In this document: positions 48,001 to 59,193 of the stretch, one piece after another
How positions within the stretch are numbered: the stretch's first letter is position 1
Layout of the letters: each line of letters begins with the position of its first letter
Source: an uncultured Pelagibacteraceae bacterium
GTDB lineage: Bacteria; Pseudomonadota; Alphaproteobacteria; Pelagibacterales; Pelagibacteraceae
Reading direction: 5' to 3'
Length of the DNA stretch: 64,000 bases
Assembly (NCBI GenBank): GCA_902536005.1
Contig: CACAVT010000001.1
Span: forward strand, 7-64,006
Position numbers and translations under genes: made by a program
Notes under the pieces: generated by a model
What the model was told of the DNA's origin: nothing
Database searches by the model: none
What the model saw: only the letters and a program-made list of their open reading frames with translations

Positions 48001-50219
48001 TAAATTGACCTCTCTGTAGATGTAACACTAAAAGCCTCTATTGTGTCATTTTTTTGGAAATCCATATAATCTTTGACTGTAATTCCACATTCTTGACCAC
48101 CACTTACCTGTTTTACCTGATTTTTTTCTCTAAATATTGATGAAACTTTTCCAGTATAAATAATAGCACCGTCCCTAATTATTCTAACATCTGAAGTACT
48201 ATTAATTTCTCCTTCAGTTACTTTTGAACCTGCAACTTTTCCAGCACCTGAGACTTTAAATATTTCCAAGATTTGTGCTGTACCAGTAATTGTTTCTTGG
48301 ACATCGGGTGCCAATAATCCTGACATTCTTTGTTTAATATAATCTAAAACTTCATAAATAATATTGTATGAGGATATTTTTATTTTCTCATTTTCAGCAA
48401 GTTTTTTTGCTTCTTTACTTGGTTTAACATTGAAGGCTATTAATACTGCGTTCGATGCTTTTGCTAATGTAACGTCAGTCTCTGTTACCATTCCAATATC
48501 TGCTAAAATTATTTTAGGTTTTACTTCATCATGCTTAATTTGACTAATTGCGTTTTTAATTGCTTCTGATGATCCATGTACATCAGATTTAATAATTAAA
48601 TTTAATTCTTCTGTGGATTTATCTGAGAAAGCAGAATCTTGAGTAGCAAAAGTTAGTGGATTTTTTCCATCTTTACTTTCTTGAGCTCTGTTTTCACTCA
48701 ATGTCTTGGCCTCTTTTTCTGAGTCTAGTACAATAAAATCGTCTCCAGCTTTTGCTGCACCATTTATTCCTAAAATTTCAACAGGAGTAGAAGGTAATGC
48801 TTCATTAATATTTTTACCTTTGTCATTAATAATAGCTCTTACTTTTCCCCACTTTAAACCACTTACAAAAAAATCACCTCTCTTAAGTGTTCCTGTTGTT
48901 ACAATTATATTTGCAACTGGACCTCTACCAACATCAATTTTTGACTCTAAAACTATACCTGTAGCTTTAGATTCATAATCCGTTTTAAGATCTAAAATCT
49001 CTGCTTGTAGTATTATTGACTCTACTAATTTATCTAAGTTTTGTTTTGTTTTAGTTGAAATCTCAACCATTAAAGTATCACCAGATAAATCTTCAGCAAT
49101 TAATTCATGTTCTAATAATTGATTTTTTATTTTCTGAGAATCTGCCTCTGGTAAATCACATTTATTTATTGCTACAACTATTGGAACATTTGCAGCTTTA
49201 GCATGTTTAATAGACTCAACTGTTTGAGGTTTAACTCCATCATCAGCAGCAACTACTAAAACAACAACGTCTGTTAATTTTGATCCTCTTGCTCTCATTT
49301 CTGTAAATGCAGCATGACCTGGAGTATCAATAAATGTTAATTTATTACCCTGACTCTCAATTTGATAAGCTCCAATGTGTTGGGTTATTCCACCAAATTC
49401 TCCTGAAACCACATTCGCACTTCTAAGCACATCTAGTACTGATGTTTTGCCATGATCCACATGACCCATTACAGTAACTATTGGTGGTCGATTTTTTAAA
49501 TTTTCTGTTCTTGAAGCTTTTATTTTTTTAATTATTTCTTCTGCTTTCTCTTCCCTAATTGGATTGTGACCAAATTCTTTAACTAAATATTCCGCAGTAT
49601 CTGCAGCTAATGTTTGATTGATAGTCACAGTAACACCCATACCAAATAAATGCTTAATTACATTGCTTGATTGTTCAGCCATTCTATTTGCAAGTTCTCT
49701 TACTGTGATTGCTTCAGGAATATTAACATCTCTTTTAATCGGTTTTAAATTTTCTTGAGAGTCATCTTTTGTAGAATTTTTAATTTCTTTTTGTCTTGCT
49801 CTCTTTACTGATGCTAAACTTCTTTGTTTCGCATCAATCTCATCACTTAGTGCTCTTGATACAGTTAACTTTAACTCTCTCTTCTTTGTTCCTGCTTTTA
49901 AAGTTTTTCTATCTTTGTTTTCACTATCTCCTTTAAGTCGTTTAGTAGCTCTCTGCTCTGCTAGTTTTCTCTTTTCAAAATCGTTTGTTACAGAAGGTGA
50001 TTTAGGATTAAATGAAGGTTTTAATGGAGCTCCTCTATTAAACGTTGAGCTTGTTCTTGGCTTATTGATACCAGATCTAAATGATCCACCTCTACTCGAA
50101 AATTTTCCAGTTTGTTTTTCAATTACTACAGAATTCTTTCCTTGGCTTTTAGCAATCTCAATGTTTTTGATTGATTTTTTGGCTGAGCCTGAAATTGTTA
50201 ATTTTGTTTTTTTCTCCAT
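48000..50219 (-). CDS. infB: Translation initiation factor IF-2
   Basis: MGHVDHGKTS, DTPGHAAF, NKCD. Confidence 0.98.
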   Translation of the reverse strand: MEKKTKLTISGSAKKSIKNIEIAKSQGKNSVVIEKQTGKFSSRGGSFRSGINKPRTSSTFNRGAPLKPSFNPKSPSVTNDFEKRKLAEQRATKRLKGDSENKDRKTLKAGTKKRELKLTVSRALSDEIDAKQRSLASVKRARQKEIKNSTKDDSQENLKPIKRDVNIPEAITVRELANRMAEQSSNVIKHLFGMGVTVTINQTLAADTAEYLVKEFGHNPIREEKAEEIIKKIKASRTENLKNRPPIVTVMGHVDHGKTSVLDVLRSANVVSGEFGGITQHIGAYQIESQGNKLTFIDTPGHAAFTEMRARGSKLTDVVVLVVAADDGVKPQTVESIKHAKAANVPIVVAINKCDLPEADSQKIKNQLLEHELIAEDLSGDTLMVEISTKTKQNLDKLVESIILQAEILDLKTDYESKATGIVLESKIDVGRGPVANIIVTTGTLKRGDFFVSGLKWGKVRAIINDKGKNINEALPSTPVEILGINGAAKAGDDFIVLDSEKEAKTLSENRAQESKDGKNPLTFATQDSAFSDKSTEELNLIIKSDVHGSSEAIKNAISQIKHDEVKPKIILADIGMVTETDVTLAKASNAVLIAFNVKPSKEAKKLAENEKIKISSYNIIYEVLDYIKQRMSGLLAPDVQETITGTAQILEIFKVSGAGKVAGSKVTEGEINSTSDVRIIRDGAIIYTGKVSSIFREKNQVKQVSGGQECGITVKDYMDFQKNDTIEAFSVTSTERSI

Positions 50220-50229
50220 ACCTCATCAC

Positions 50230-51783
50230 TCAATCTTTATAAACAATATTTCGTGCAGACATAATTAGTTCATCCGCTTCTTCTTTCGATAGAGCAAAGT
50301 CTTCCAGATAACCTTGAATTTTGACCCTCTCACCTTTTACCACATCATAACCACCAGTTAATTCATCAGATGCTAAATCTGCAAAATCTTCTAAACTTAG
50401 AATTTTTTGTTCACCAAGTGTGACTAACATTCCTGGGGTTAATCCATTTAAATTAATCAAGGCATCTTCAAGACCTAATTCTTTAATTCTCTGAGAAATA
50501 TCCTCCTGGTCTTTTTCGTGAAACTCTTTAGCTCTTTCTATCAATGCTTTGGCAGTATCTTCCTCGATACCTTCAATCTTCATTAAATTTTCAGCTGAGC
50601 TATCTTTTATGTCATCAATAGTTGAAAAACCTTCGGCAACTAGTAACTGGCCCAATGTTTCATCTAACTCTAAATTTTTTACAAAATTCTCTGTTTTTTC
50701 TTTAAATTCTAATTGTCTTCGTTCGGAATCTTCTGCATCTGTCATTATATTAATTTCATAATTTAGGAGTTTTGTTGCAAGTCTGACGTTTTGACCTCTT
50801 CTTCCAATTGCTTTACTTAAATTTTCTTCCGTCAGAATTACATCAAGTTTTTTTCTTTCACTATCAACATTAACTCTTTGTACTTCAGCAGGGGACAATG
50901 CATTAGAAACTAAAATAGCAGGATCTTCTGACCAGTTAACTATGTCAATTTTCTCTCCTTGAAGTTCATTTACAACAGCTTGAACTCTTGAACCTCTCAT
51001 ACCCACACACGCACCAACTGGATCTAAAGATGTATCAACTGCTTTCACACATATTTTAGCTCTACTCCCAGGATCTCTTGAAGAAGATTTAATTTCTATT
51101 AGTCCATCATAAATTTCCGGAACCTCTTGAACAAAAAGCTTTTCCATGAATTTAGGGTGAGCTCTAGATAAAAATATTTGTTGTCCCCTAGGTTCTCTTC
51201 TAACATCATAACAATATGCTTTTATACGGTCACCTGCTTTAATATTTTCACGAGGAATCAATTCATTTTTTTGAATTATTGCTTCGGTTCTTCCTAAATC
51301 AACAATTACGTTTCCAAATTCTAATCTTTTAACAATCCCACTTAAAATTGAATCTTTTTTATCAATAAAATCATTAAATTGTCTTTCTCTTTCAGCTTCT
51401 CTTACATTAAAACTAATCACCTGCTTAGCGGTTTGCGCAGCTATTCTTCCAAAATCAAATGAAGGAAGTGGCTGTAATACTTCATCACCAATAGACTTGT
51501 CTTTATTTAATTCATTTAAATTAATTGCATCCTCTAATTTTATCTCTGTATTTGCATTTTCAGGATTTTCAGCGATTATCAATTTTCTAAAAAGCTCAAT
51601 ATCTCCATTATCTCTATTGATAGACACTTTAATTTCATTTTCCTGTCCAAATTTTGATTTTGCCGCTTTAGCAATACCCGTTTCCATAGAACTTATAATG
51701 AGCTCTTTATCAATTGATTTTTCTAAAGCTACGGCTTCAGCAATTCTTAATAATTCAAGTTTATCTGCTCTTTTATTTAACAT
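50230..51783 (-). CDS. nusA: Transcription termination factor NusA
   Basis: FGRIAAQTAKQ, DPVGACVGMRGSR, AIGRRGQNVRLA; ATG 51783 with GGAG RBS preferred. Confidence 0.97.
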   Translation of the reverse strand: MLNKRADKLELLRIAEAVALEKSIDKELIISSMETGIAKAAKSKFGQENEIKVSINRDNGDIELFRKLIIAENPENANTEIKLEDAINLNELNKDKSIGDEVLQPLPSFDFGRIAAQTAKQVISFNVREAERERQFNDFIDKKDSILSGIVKRLEFGNVIVDLGRTEAIIQKNELIPRENIKAGDRIKAYCYDVRREPRGQQIFLSRAHPKFMEKLFVQEVPEIYDGLIEIKSSSRDPGSRAKICVKAVDTSLDPVGACVGMRGSRVQAVVNELQGEKIDIVNWSEDPAILVSNALSPAEVQRVNVDSERKKLDVILTEENLSKAIGRRGQNVRLATKLLNYEINIMTDAEDSERRQLEFKEKTENFVKNLELDETLGQLLVAEGFSTIDDIKDSSAENLMKIEGIEEDTAKALIERAKEFHEKDQEDISQRIKELGLEDALINLNGLTPGMLVTLGEQKILSLEDFADLASDELTGGYDVVKGERVKIQGYLEDFALSKEEADELIMSARNIVYKD

Positions 51784-51799
51784 AATTTTTGTTTGCTCC

Positions 51800-51823
51800 A
51801 AAAAAAAATGGGCTTAAGCCCAT
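51800..51823 (-). terminator. Leader terminator/attenuator upstream of nusA
   Basis: Minus strand ATGGGC-TTAA-GCCCAT followed by a long T tract, then the GGAG RBS. Confidence 0.7.
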
Positions 51824-51883
51824 CTTGTAAGGATCAATAATGTAATGGCAATATAGTAAAGTTTTTTTTTAATTCAACAGAAA

Positions 51884-53053
51884 CTATTTAGAAAAAACCT
51901 TAGTTTTATCAGTTTTTTCCCATGAAAATGAACCATTTTCCTCAGGTGCTCTACCAAAATGACCATAGGCAGCTGTTTTCTCATATATTGGTTTGTTTAA
52001 ATTTAACATTTCTCTGATGCCTCTAGGGCTCAAATCAAAATTTTCTTTAATCTTTTCTACAACAAATTTATTTTTATCTAGGTCGTTATCAAATAAATCA
52101 ACATAAATAGAAAGTGGTTTTGATACACCAATTGCATAAGCTAATTGAATTAAACATTTTTCAGCAATTTTTGAACCTACAACATTTTTAGCAATGTATC
52201 TTGCTGCATAAGCTGCCGATCTATCAACTTTAGTTGGATCTTTTCCTGAAAAAGCTCCACCACCATGAGGTGCTGCACCCCCATATGTATCGACTATAAT
52301 TTTTCTACCAGTAAGACCGCAATCTCCATCTGGACCACCTATCACGAAATTACCTGTTGGATTTACATAAAACTCATCTTCATTGAAAGCATCAATAAAA
52401 TTCTCAGGAATAGATTTTAACATATAAGGTCTTAATAAATCTCTCACTTGTGATTGATTAACATCTGGAGAATGTTGAGAGGATATTACTACTGATTTGA
52501 CTTTTGAAGGTTTTCCATCAACATATTCAAATGTTACTTGGCTTTTTGAATCTGGTTCAATATTTTTTAACTTTCCTAACTTTCTGTCTTCCGCCATTAA
52601 TCTTAAAATTTTGTGAGAATAATGAATTGGTGCTGGCATTAAAACATCTGTTTCATTACATGCGTATCCGAACATAATACCTTGATCTCCAGCTCCTTCA
52701 TCTTTATTTCCTGATGAGTCCACTCCCATAGCAATATCAGCTGATTGCGAATGTAAATGACTTTCAATTTTTGTAGCTTCTTTCCAAGTAAATCCTTCTT
52801 GGTCATAACCAATATCTTTTATACAATTTCTTACTTTTTGAATTAATTCTTCTTTTTTAATTTCTGGTCCTCTTACTTCACCGGCTAAGACAACTTTATT
52901 TGTCGTAGTTAGTGTTTCGCAAGCGACTCTAGAATATGGATCTCCAGAAATATAACTATCAACAACCATATCTGAAATCCTATCAGACACTTTATCTGGA
53001 TGGCCTTCTGAAACTGACTCACTTGTGAAAAGATAATTTTTTAAATTACTCAT
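51884..53053 (-). CDS. metK: S-adenosylmethionine synthetase
   Basis: [28 protein letters not shown]. Confidence 0.98.
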   Translation of the reverse strand: MSNLKNYLFTSESVSEGHPDKVSDRISDMVVDSYISGDPYSRVACETLTTTNKVVLAGEVRGPEIKKEELIQKVRNCIKDIGYDQEGFTWKEATKIESHLHSQSADIAMGVDSSGNKDEGAGDQGIMFGYACNETDVLMPAPIHYSHKILRLMAEDRKLGKLKNIEPDSKSQVTFEYVDGKPSKVKSVVISSQHSPDVNQSQVRDLLRPYMLKSIPENFIDAFNEDEFYVNPTGNFVIGGPDGDCGLTGRKIIVDTYGGAAPHGGGAFSGKDPTKVDRSAAYAARYIAKNVVGSKIAEKCLIQLAYAIGVSKPLSIYVDLFDNDLDKNKFVVEKIKENFDLSPRGIREMLNLNKPIYEKTAAYGHFGRAPEENGSFSWEKTDKTKVFSK

Positions 53054-54590
53054 TTCTAAGTTTCTTAAATGAAAATATTAAAAAAATATACAATAAAATT
53101 ATAAATCCAAAAATTTTATTTCCAAATTTTGCAAATAGGGTCGGCTCTATTTTTCTTGTCTCACTTAAATCTATGTAACCTGATTTATTTATATCAACTT
53201 TTTGCTCTATAACTCCAAGTGGATTAATAATTGCTGATGTACCATTATTTGCTGATCTTAAAACATATTTTCCACTCTCTATCGCTCTAAAAATACTATG
53301 TGTTAAATGTTGCTCTGGTCCAATTGATTTACCAAACCAACCATCTTCAGAAATATTTACAATATAATCAAACTTGCTGTTTGAGAAAATTTTGCCAGAG
53401 TAAATTATCTCATAACAAATGAGAGGTAATATTTTCACTGATAAATTACTATATTTCAGATCAATTATGTTTCTTTCTGCACCTTTTGAATATGATTGGT
53501 ACTCATTAGTAATTGTTTTTAAACCAATACTTTTTAATATTTTTTCAAAAGGTAAAAATTCGCCAAAAGGAACAAGATTAATTTTCTTATATGAATTGAT
53601 TATATTTAGATTGTGATCATAAATAGATAATGAATTAAAATGTTTGATAGTTTTATTATCATCTTCTTTGCTATTAATTCCTATTGCTAACAAATGATTT
53701 TCATTGAATTCATTTTCAAACAACCATTTGTATTCTTTTAGTTGATCTTGTGAAATACCTGGAATTATACCTTCTGGCCAAATAAAAATTATTTTTTCAT
53801 TTTTTTTAGTTGAGCTGATTTCAATTAGCTCTTCTATTGCTGTTATAGGATCAATATTATTATAAAATCTATCTATGCCTATATTTGAACTTAAAATTCT
53901 TATTTTATAATCAAGCTTTTTTAATTGTTGATTATTAAATTTTTCTAAATTTTGTGAACCAAGTATATAAAATGACATCGTTGTAACAAGAAATGCAATA
54001 CAAATACTAATATCTTTTTTATTTTCTCTTAAAATGAATATTGATGGGCTTGTGAATAATGAAATACAGAAAAGATTAAAGCTATAAGTGCCTATGATTG
54101 ATGTGATGTTTAAAATTTCTATTTGATTATAGAAACTATAAGCAATTAAATTCCAAGGAAAACCAGTGAGTATTGATCCTCTTAGAAATTCTACTATTCC
54201 AAATATTAAAGAAAAGAGAAAAAATGAACTCAAATTTTCTTTTGGTTTTAAAACTACAAATAAGTAAGCGACTAAAGCGTAAAATAAAGCCAGGAAACCA
54301 GGTATTAAAACTATTGTTAAAGGTATTAAAAATTTAAAATTTTGATCAAAGGTTAATGATATTGATATCCAATATAAATTACTTACAAAATAACCAAACC
54401 CGAATAACCATCCATAAAGAAAAAATATTTTTTTATTTTTATAAAACTCAATTTTCTTTACTAAAAATATATAGAATAAACTGAAAGTTAAAAAATTAAT
54501 TACAACATAATTAAAGGGAGGTAAACTTAAGGAAGTAAGAGCTCCTAATAAAATTAAATAAATTAATTCAATATAAAATTTATTTTTCAA
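53046..54590 (-). CDS. lnt: Apolipoprotein N-acyltransferase
   Basis: [28 protein letters not shown]. Confidence 0.95.
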   Translation of the reverse strand: MKNKFYIELIYLILLGALTSLSLPPFNYVVINFLTFSLFYIFLVKKIEFYKNKKIFFLYGWLFGFGYFVSNLYWISISLTFDQNFKFLIPLTIVLIPGFLALFYALVAYLFVVLKPKENLSSFFLFSLIFGIVEFLRGSILTGFPWNLIAYSFYNQIEILNITSIIGTYSFNLFCISLFTSPSIFILRENKKDISICIAFLVTTMSFYILGSQNLEKFNNQQLKKLDYKIRILSSNIGIDRFYNNIDPITAIEELIEISSTKKNEKIIFIWPEGIIPGISQDQLKEYKWLFENEFNENHLLAIGINSKEDDNKTIKHFNSLSIYDHNLNIINSYKKINLVPFGEFLPFEKILKSIGLKTITNEYQSYSKGAERNIIDLKYSNLSVKILPLICYEIIYSGKIFSNSKFDYIVNISEDGWFGKSIGPEQHLTHSIFRAIESGKYVLRSANNGTSAIINPLGVIEQKVDINKSGYIDLSETRKIEPTLFAKFGNKIFGFIILLYIFLIFSFKKLRNE

Positions 54591-54591
54591 T

Positions 54592-55053
54592 TTAATTTAT
54601 TTTTGATTGCACAGATTTATATAATAGATTTTCCTCTTTTAACATTTTCGAATAGTCTTTATTTTTTTTATGATCAAATCCTAAAAGATGAAGAAAACCA
54701 TGTATGAATATTTTAGTAACTTTTTCTTTAAATGATTTTAAATCTTGTGATCTTGGTTTGTCTAGATAATTATAGCTGATGATGATGTCTCCAAGATAAG
54801 TATTTTTTGAAATTTTTAAATTTTTATTTAATGGAAAAGATAAAATATCGGTAGATTTATTTTTTTTTCTAAAAATCTTATTTAAATTTTTTATATTCTT
54901 ATTGTTTGAAAGTAATAGTGTGAAAGTTACTTTTTTATTTAAAAATTTATATTTTTTTGGAAAAGCTTTACATATTTTTTTAAAAAAAATATCCTTATTT
55001 TTTAGCCTTTTTGACCAAGCCTTCTCCTCAGAGAAGACATTAATATTAATCAT
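54592..55053 (-). CDS. ybeY: rRNA maturation endoribonuclease YbeY
   Basis: TDILSFP, HGFLHLLGFDH. Confidence 0.95.
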   Translation of the reverse strand: MININVFSEEKAWSKRLKNKDIFFKKICKAFPKKYKFLNKKVTFTLLLSNNKNIKNLNKIFRKKNKSTDILSFPLNKNLKISKNTYLGDIIISYNYLDKPRSQDLKSFKEKVTKIFIHGFLHLLGFDHKKNKDYSKMLKEENLLYKSVQSKIN

Positions 55054-56041
55054 TATTTGAGTATGCTTTAACTATTTTAGAAACTAGTGGATGTCTTACT
55101 ACATCGGAGTGATCAAAATCAACTATGGATATTTCCTTTAGATGTCCAAGTAGCTCTTTTGATCGGACTAATCCTGACATACTTTTATTTGGTAAATCAA
55201 TTTGAGAAGGGTCTCCATTGACTACTATTTTTGAATTTTCTCCAATACGTGTTAGAAACATTTTAATTTGAGTATCTGTAGCATTTTGTGCCTCGTCTAA
55301 AATTGCAAAGGAATTTTTAAGAGTTCTACCTCTCATAAAAGCTAAAGGTGCGATCTCTATATCTCCAATCTCAATCATTCTCTGTATTTTTTCAAAGTCA
55401 AAGAGATCATATAAAGAATCATACAAGGGTCTAAGATAAGGATCTACTTTTTCCTTCATATCACCAGGTAAAAATCCTAAACGCTCACCTGCTTCTACAG
55501 CGGGTCTTGAAAGAATAATTCTCTCAATCTTTTTTTCTAAAAGCATTGTTAAACCTACGGCAACTGCCAAAAAAGTTTTTCCTGTTCCTGCTGGACCGGC
55601 TGAAATTACAATATCACTCTCCCTCAATGCTCTCACATAACTTTTTTGTTTTTCAGATCTAGGAATTATAGATTTCTTGGGAGTTTTGATAATGTCTGTA
55701 ATATTATTATTTTTTACTTTTTCATTAATCATAAAGTTATCAACTGATGAAATTATATCTTTATTCTCTATACTTCCATTATTAATAAACTGATTTGCCA
55801 AAAACTGAATAGCGTTTTTAATCTTTTCATTCTTTTCAGGTGTTGATTTAATTAAAATTGAATTTCCCCTTGAATATAAGCTACAACTTGTGATTTTTTC
55901 CAATTCTTGTAAATTTTTATTAAATTCCCCAACAACACCCATTAACAAGTTATTGTCATGAAATATAACACTTAGAGAATTGTTGTCTGAATAAACAAAT
56001 TTTAAAGACTGATCGATATTTTTTTTTGTTATTCCGCTCAA
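55046..56041 (-). CDS. phoH: PhoH-like ATPase (YbeZ)
   Basis: GPAGTGKT, RPAVEAGERLGFLPG, AFMRGRT, DEAQN. Confidence 0.93.
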   Translation of the reverse strand: MSGITKKNIDQSLKFVYSDNNSLSVIFHDNNLLMGVVGEFNKNLQELEKITSCSLYSRGNSILIKSTPEKNEKIKNAIQFLANQFINNGSIENKDIISSVDNFMINEKVKNNNITDIIKTPKKSIIPRSEKQKSYVRALRESDIVISAGPAGTGKTFLAVAVGLTMLLEKKIERIILSRPAVEAGERLGFLPGDMKEKVDPYLRPLYDSLYDLFDFEKIQRMIEIGDIEIAPLAFMRGRTLKNSFAILDEAQNATDTQIKMFLTRIGENSKIVVNGDPSQIDLPNKSMSGLVRSKELLGHLKEISIVDFDHSDVVRHPLVSKIVKAYSNND

Positions 56042-56044
56042 ATT

Positions 56045-57373
56045 CTATGCAACCTTCTTGTCTGAATTAGTTATAGCTTCACCGAATAAAGTATTTCTAT
56101 TACTATCTTTAATTCTCACTTGAACTATTTTTCCAATATCGTTCTTTTTACCATTAAAAATTACAGATGTCATATACTCAGATCTACCAAAAGCTTTATT
56201 TTTATCTTCGGTTAAATTTTCAACCAATACATCAACAACTTTACCTTCCAATGACTTATTCATTCGTATTTGATTTTCGAATAAAATATTCTGAATTATT
56301 TCTAATCTTTCAATAGAAATTTTTTTTTCAATTAATTCTAAATTTTCAGCTACTGTTCCAGGTCTTGGACTAAAGATAAATGAATAAGAGTTTATAAATT
56401 TAATCCTTTCAATTAATCTGATGGTATCCTTAAAATCCTGATCTTCTTCGCCAGGATAACCTATAATAAAATCACTTGAAAATTCTATATTTGGATTAAT
56501 TTCTTTTAATTTATCAAAAGTGCTTAAATATTCCTCAATGCTATGTTTTCTATTCATTGATGCTAAAATTTTATTAGATCCACTTTGAACAGGTAAATGT
56601 ACAAGTGGCATTAACTTTTTAGAGGTTTTATACGCTTCAATCAAATCCTCTGTCATATCTTTTGGGTGAGATGTTGTATATCTAACTCTCTTAATTTCGG
56701 ATAATTTTTCAATTTTTAAAATCAAATCAGATAGTCTGTATCCTTCATTATCATAAGCATTTACATTTTGACCAAGTAAAATTATTTCTCTTGCACCATT
56801 ATCAGCTAAATATTTTGCTTCATCTAAAATTTGATTAAATGGACGGGAATATTCTGGTCCTCTTGTATATGGGACTACACAAAAATGACAAAACTTGTCG
56901 CACCCTTCCTGAATAGTTAAGAAGGATGAAACTTTTCCAGCTTCATTTTTTATATTACTTAAATATTTAAATTTAGAAACTGCATCAAACTCTGTCTCTT
57001 CTATTTTTTTATTTTTTTCAGTATAATTTAAAATTGTATCATTAATTTTATGATAAGCTTGAGGACCAATAACCAAATCTATATAAGGTTCTCTTTTAAG
57101 CATTTCCTGATTTTCTGCTTGAGCTACACACCCTGCAATAATTACCAATGGCTTTTTTTTAGATCTAAAAATTTTTTTTACTCTACCTATTTCTGAGTAA
57201 ACTTTTTCTTTTGCTTTGTCTCTAATGTGGCATGTATTTAAGAGATAACAATTTGCTTCTTCATATTTTTCTGTTTTTTCATAACCAATTTTTTTAACTG
57301 AATCATATATTCTATTTGAGTCATACTCATTCATTTGACATCCAAAAGTTTTGATAAATATTTTCTGATTCAT
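56045..57373 (-). CDS. miaB: tRNA-i6A37 methylthiotransferase
   Basis: TFGCQMNEYDS, GCDKFCHFCVVP radical SAM motif, TRAM domain; ATG 57373 preferred. Confidence 0.96.
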   Translation of the reverse strand: MNQKIFIKTFGCQMNEYDSNRIYDSVKKIGYEKTEKYEEANCYLLNTCHIRDKAKEKVYSEIGRVKKIFRSKKKPLVIIAGCVAQAENQEMLKREPYIDLVIGPQAYHKINDTILNYTEKNKKIEETEFDAVSKFKYLSNIKNEAGKVSSFLTIQEGCDKFCHFCVVPYTRGPEYSRPFNQILDEAKYLADNGAREIILLGQNVNAYDNEGYRLSDLILKIEKLSEIKRVRYTTSHPKDMTEDLIEAYKTSKKLMPLVHLPVQSGSNKILASMNRKHSIEEYLSTFDKLKEINPNIEFSSDFIIGYPGEEDQDFKDTIRLIERIKFINSYSFIFSPRPGTVAENLELIEKKISIERLEIIQNILFENQIRMNKSLEGKVVDVLVENLTEDKNKAFGRSEYMTSVIFNGKKNDIGKIVQVRIKDSNRNTLFGEAITNSDKKVA

Positions 57374-57374
57374 A

Positions 57375-57788
57375 TTATTGGGATTTTTTCTTAACCCCAT
57401 ATAATTCTAATTTATGGTCTACTAGAGTATATCCATATTTCTCTGCAACTTTTTTTTGAAGCTTTTCAATTTCTTCATCTACAAATTCGATAATTTCGCC
57501 AGTTTTCACATCAATTAAATGGTCATGATGACCTTCATTTAATTCCTCATATCTAGCTTTTCCACCTTTAAACTCGTGCTTCGTTAAAATTCCTGTCTCT
57601 TCAAATAATTTTACCGTTCTATAAACAGTTGCAATACTTATTTTTGGATCAATTTTAGACACTCTATTATAAAGCTCATCTACGTCCGGATGGTCAGAAG
57701 ACTCTGACATTACTTGTGCAATTACTCTTCTTTGATCGGTTAATTTAACCCCTTTTGCTATACACTTTTGCTCTATTGTTTCTGACAT
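57375..57788 (-). CDS. fur: Fur/Mur family metalloregulator
   Basis: DHPDVDELY, SIATVYRT, HHDHLID. Confidence 0.92.
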   Translation of the reverse strand: MSETIEQKCIAKGVKLTDQRRVIAQVMSESSDHPDVDELYNRVSKIDPKISIATVYRTVKLFEETGILTKHEFKGGKARYEELNEGHHDHLIDVKTGEIIEFVDEEIEKLQKKVAEKYGYTLVDHKLELYGVKKKSQ

Positions 57789-57797
57789 AAAATAATT

Positions 57798-58184
57798 TTA
57801 ACTTAAATAAATAGGGTTAATCAAATTTTTTTTAATATTAAATTTATCACACAAATCAGGGATATTTTCGTATTTTATGTCTTTTTCACCTTTAAAATCT
57901 TGAATGCTATAACAATAATAATCAATATTATTAGTTAAATTAAATGCTTTAACTATAGATAACGAATTTCGAATTCCCGCAAAACTTCCAGGTCCTCTAT
58001 TTAAATAAATTGTATTAATATCTTTCAAGTTTAATTGATGGGACTTTAAAAAATCATTAATAATCAAAGTTAATTTTTCATAATTAATTTTAGTATTCTC
58101 TTTAGTAATATTATAAATATCATTACTAGTAATGATCATTAAAAAAATTTTTTCACTGGCTACATCAATTATCAGTTTATTCAT
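57798..58184 (-). CDS. tsaB: Shortened TsaB (YeaZ) t6A biosynthesis protein, 128 aa
   Basis: LIIDVA N-terminus, GPGSFAGIR motif, C-terminal PIYL; position upstream of fur-miaB. Confidence 0.78.
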   Translation of the reverse strand: MNKLIIDVASEKIFLMIITSNDIYNITKENTKINYEKLTLIINDFLKSHQLNLKDINTIYLNRGPGSFAGIRNSLSIVKAFNLTNNIDYYCYSIQDFKGEKDIKYENIPDLCDKFNIKKNLINPIYLS

Positions 58185-59193
58185 AATTATTTTATTTTCT
58201 AGTACCAGTTCTAAATCAGATGAAAATAATATCAAATACTATTCCAATGATGAAGGAATTCTATCAATTATGTATCATCGTTTTAATGAGAATAAGTACC
58301 CTTCTACCAATATTAAAATGGATATATTTGAGGAACATATAAATATTATTAAGAACTCAGATTTTATTTTTCATAATCCAAATAATTTTGATGAACAGTT
58401 TAAAAAACCAAAACAAAAAAAAGAAATTCTTATAACTATAGATGATGCTTTTGAATCTTTTTATACTGAAGCATGGCCTTATCTAAAAGAAAATAAAATT
58501 CCGTTTATTTTATTTGTTTCAACTGAACCAGTGGGAAAAAGAGGTTATATGACTTGGGAGCAAATTAAAGAGGTTGAGGGTAATGAATTTGCAAATATAG
58601 GGCATCATTCTCATACTCATGAATATCTCATAGATGTAAGCAATGAAGAGTTTATTTTAGATATTGAAACAGCTAATAAAATTTTTCTAAAAGAACTTGG
58701 TTATATCCCCAACCTATTCTCATATCCCTTTGGTGAGTACTCTAAATCTATGAAAGACTATATATCTAAAAATTTCAAATATGCTTTCGGTCAGCATTCT
58801 GGTGTTATTGATTTAAATAAAGATAAATTTGAGTTACCTAGATTTCCAATTAATGAAAAATACGGAGAATTAAAAAGATTTAAATCAATAATAAATTATT
58901 TTCCACTTGAATATAAAAAAATTCTTCCTGAGGAAAAACAACTGGATGAAAATACAAACCCTCCAAATTTCAAGGTTGAATTTTTCAAGGAGCAAAAAAA
59001 TTTATCAAAAATTAATTGTTATTCTAATGAGGGAGACGTTTGGGAAAAATCAAAAACAATATTTGCCAACAACTCTTTAACGATTGAATTTAGAGAACCA
59101 TTCAAACCAAGAAGAGGAAGAATAAATTGTTCTCTGAGTGATAATGGAAAATGGAGATGGTTTGGTGTGCAATTTCCTATAAAAGAAAACTAA
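58132..59193 (+). CDS. Exported polysaccharide deacetylase (CE4/NodB-like)
   Basis: Signal peptide, IMYHRF, TIDDA, HHSHTH, FSYPFGE, LPRF. Confidence 0.9.
   Translation: MIIKKIFSLATSIISLFIIILFSSTSSKSDENNIKYYSNDEGILSIMYHRFNENKYPSTNIKMDIFEEHINIIKNSDFIFHNPNNFDEQFKKPKQKKEILITIDDAFESFYTEAWPYLKENKIPFILFVSTEPVGKRGYMTWEQIKEVEGNEFANIGHHSHTHEYLIDVSNEEFILDIETANKIFLKELGYIPNLFSYPFGEYSKSMKDYISKNFKYAFGQHSGVIDLNKDKFELPRFPINEKYGELKRFKSIINYFPLEYKKILPEEKQLDENTNPPNFKVEFFKEQKNLSKINCYSNEGDVWEKSKTIFANNSLTIEFREPFKPRRGRINCSLSDNGKWRWFGVQFPIKEN

Noticed and set aside
53046-53110. SAM riboswitch upstream of metK
   Set aside because: The metK start overlaps the lnt stop, leaving no leader
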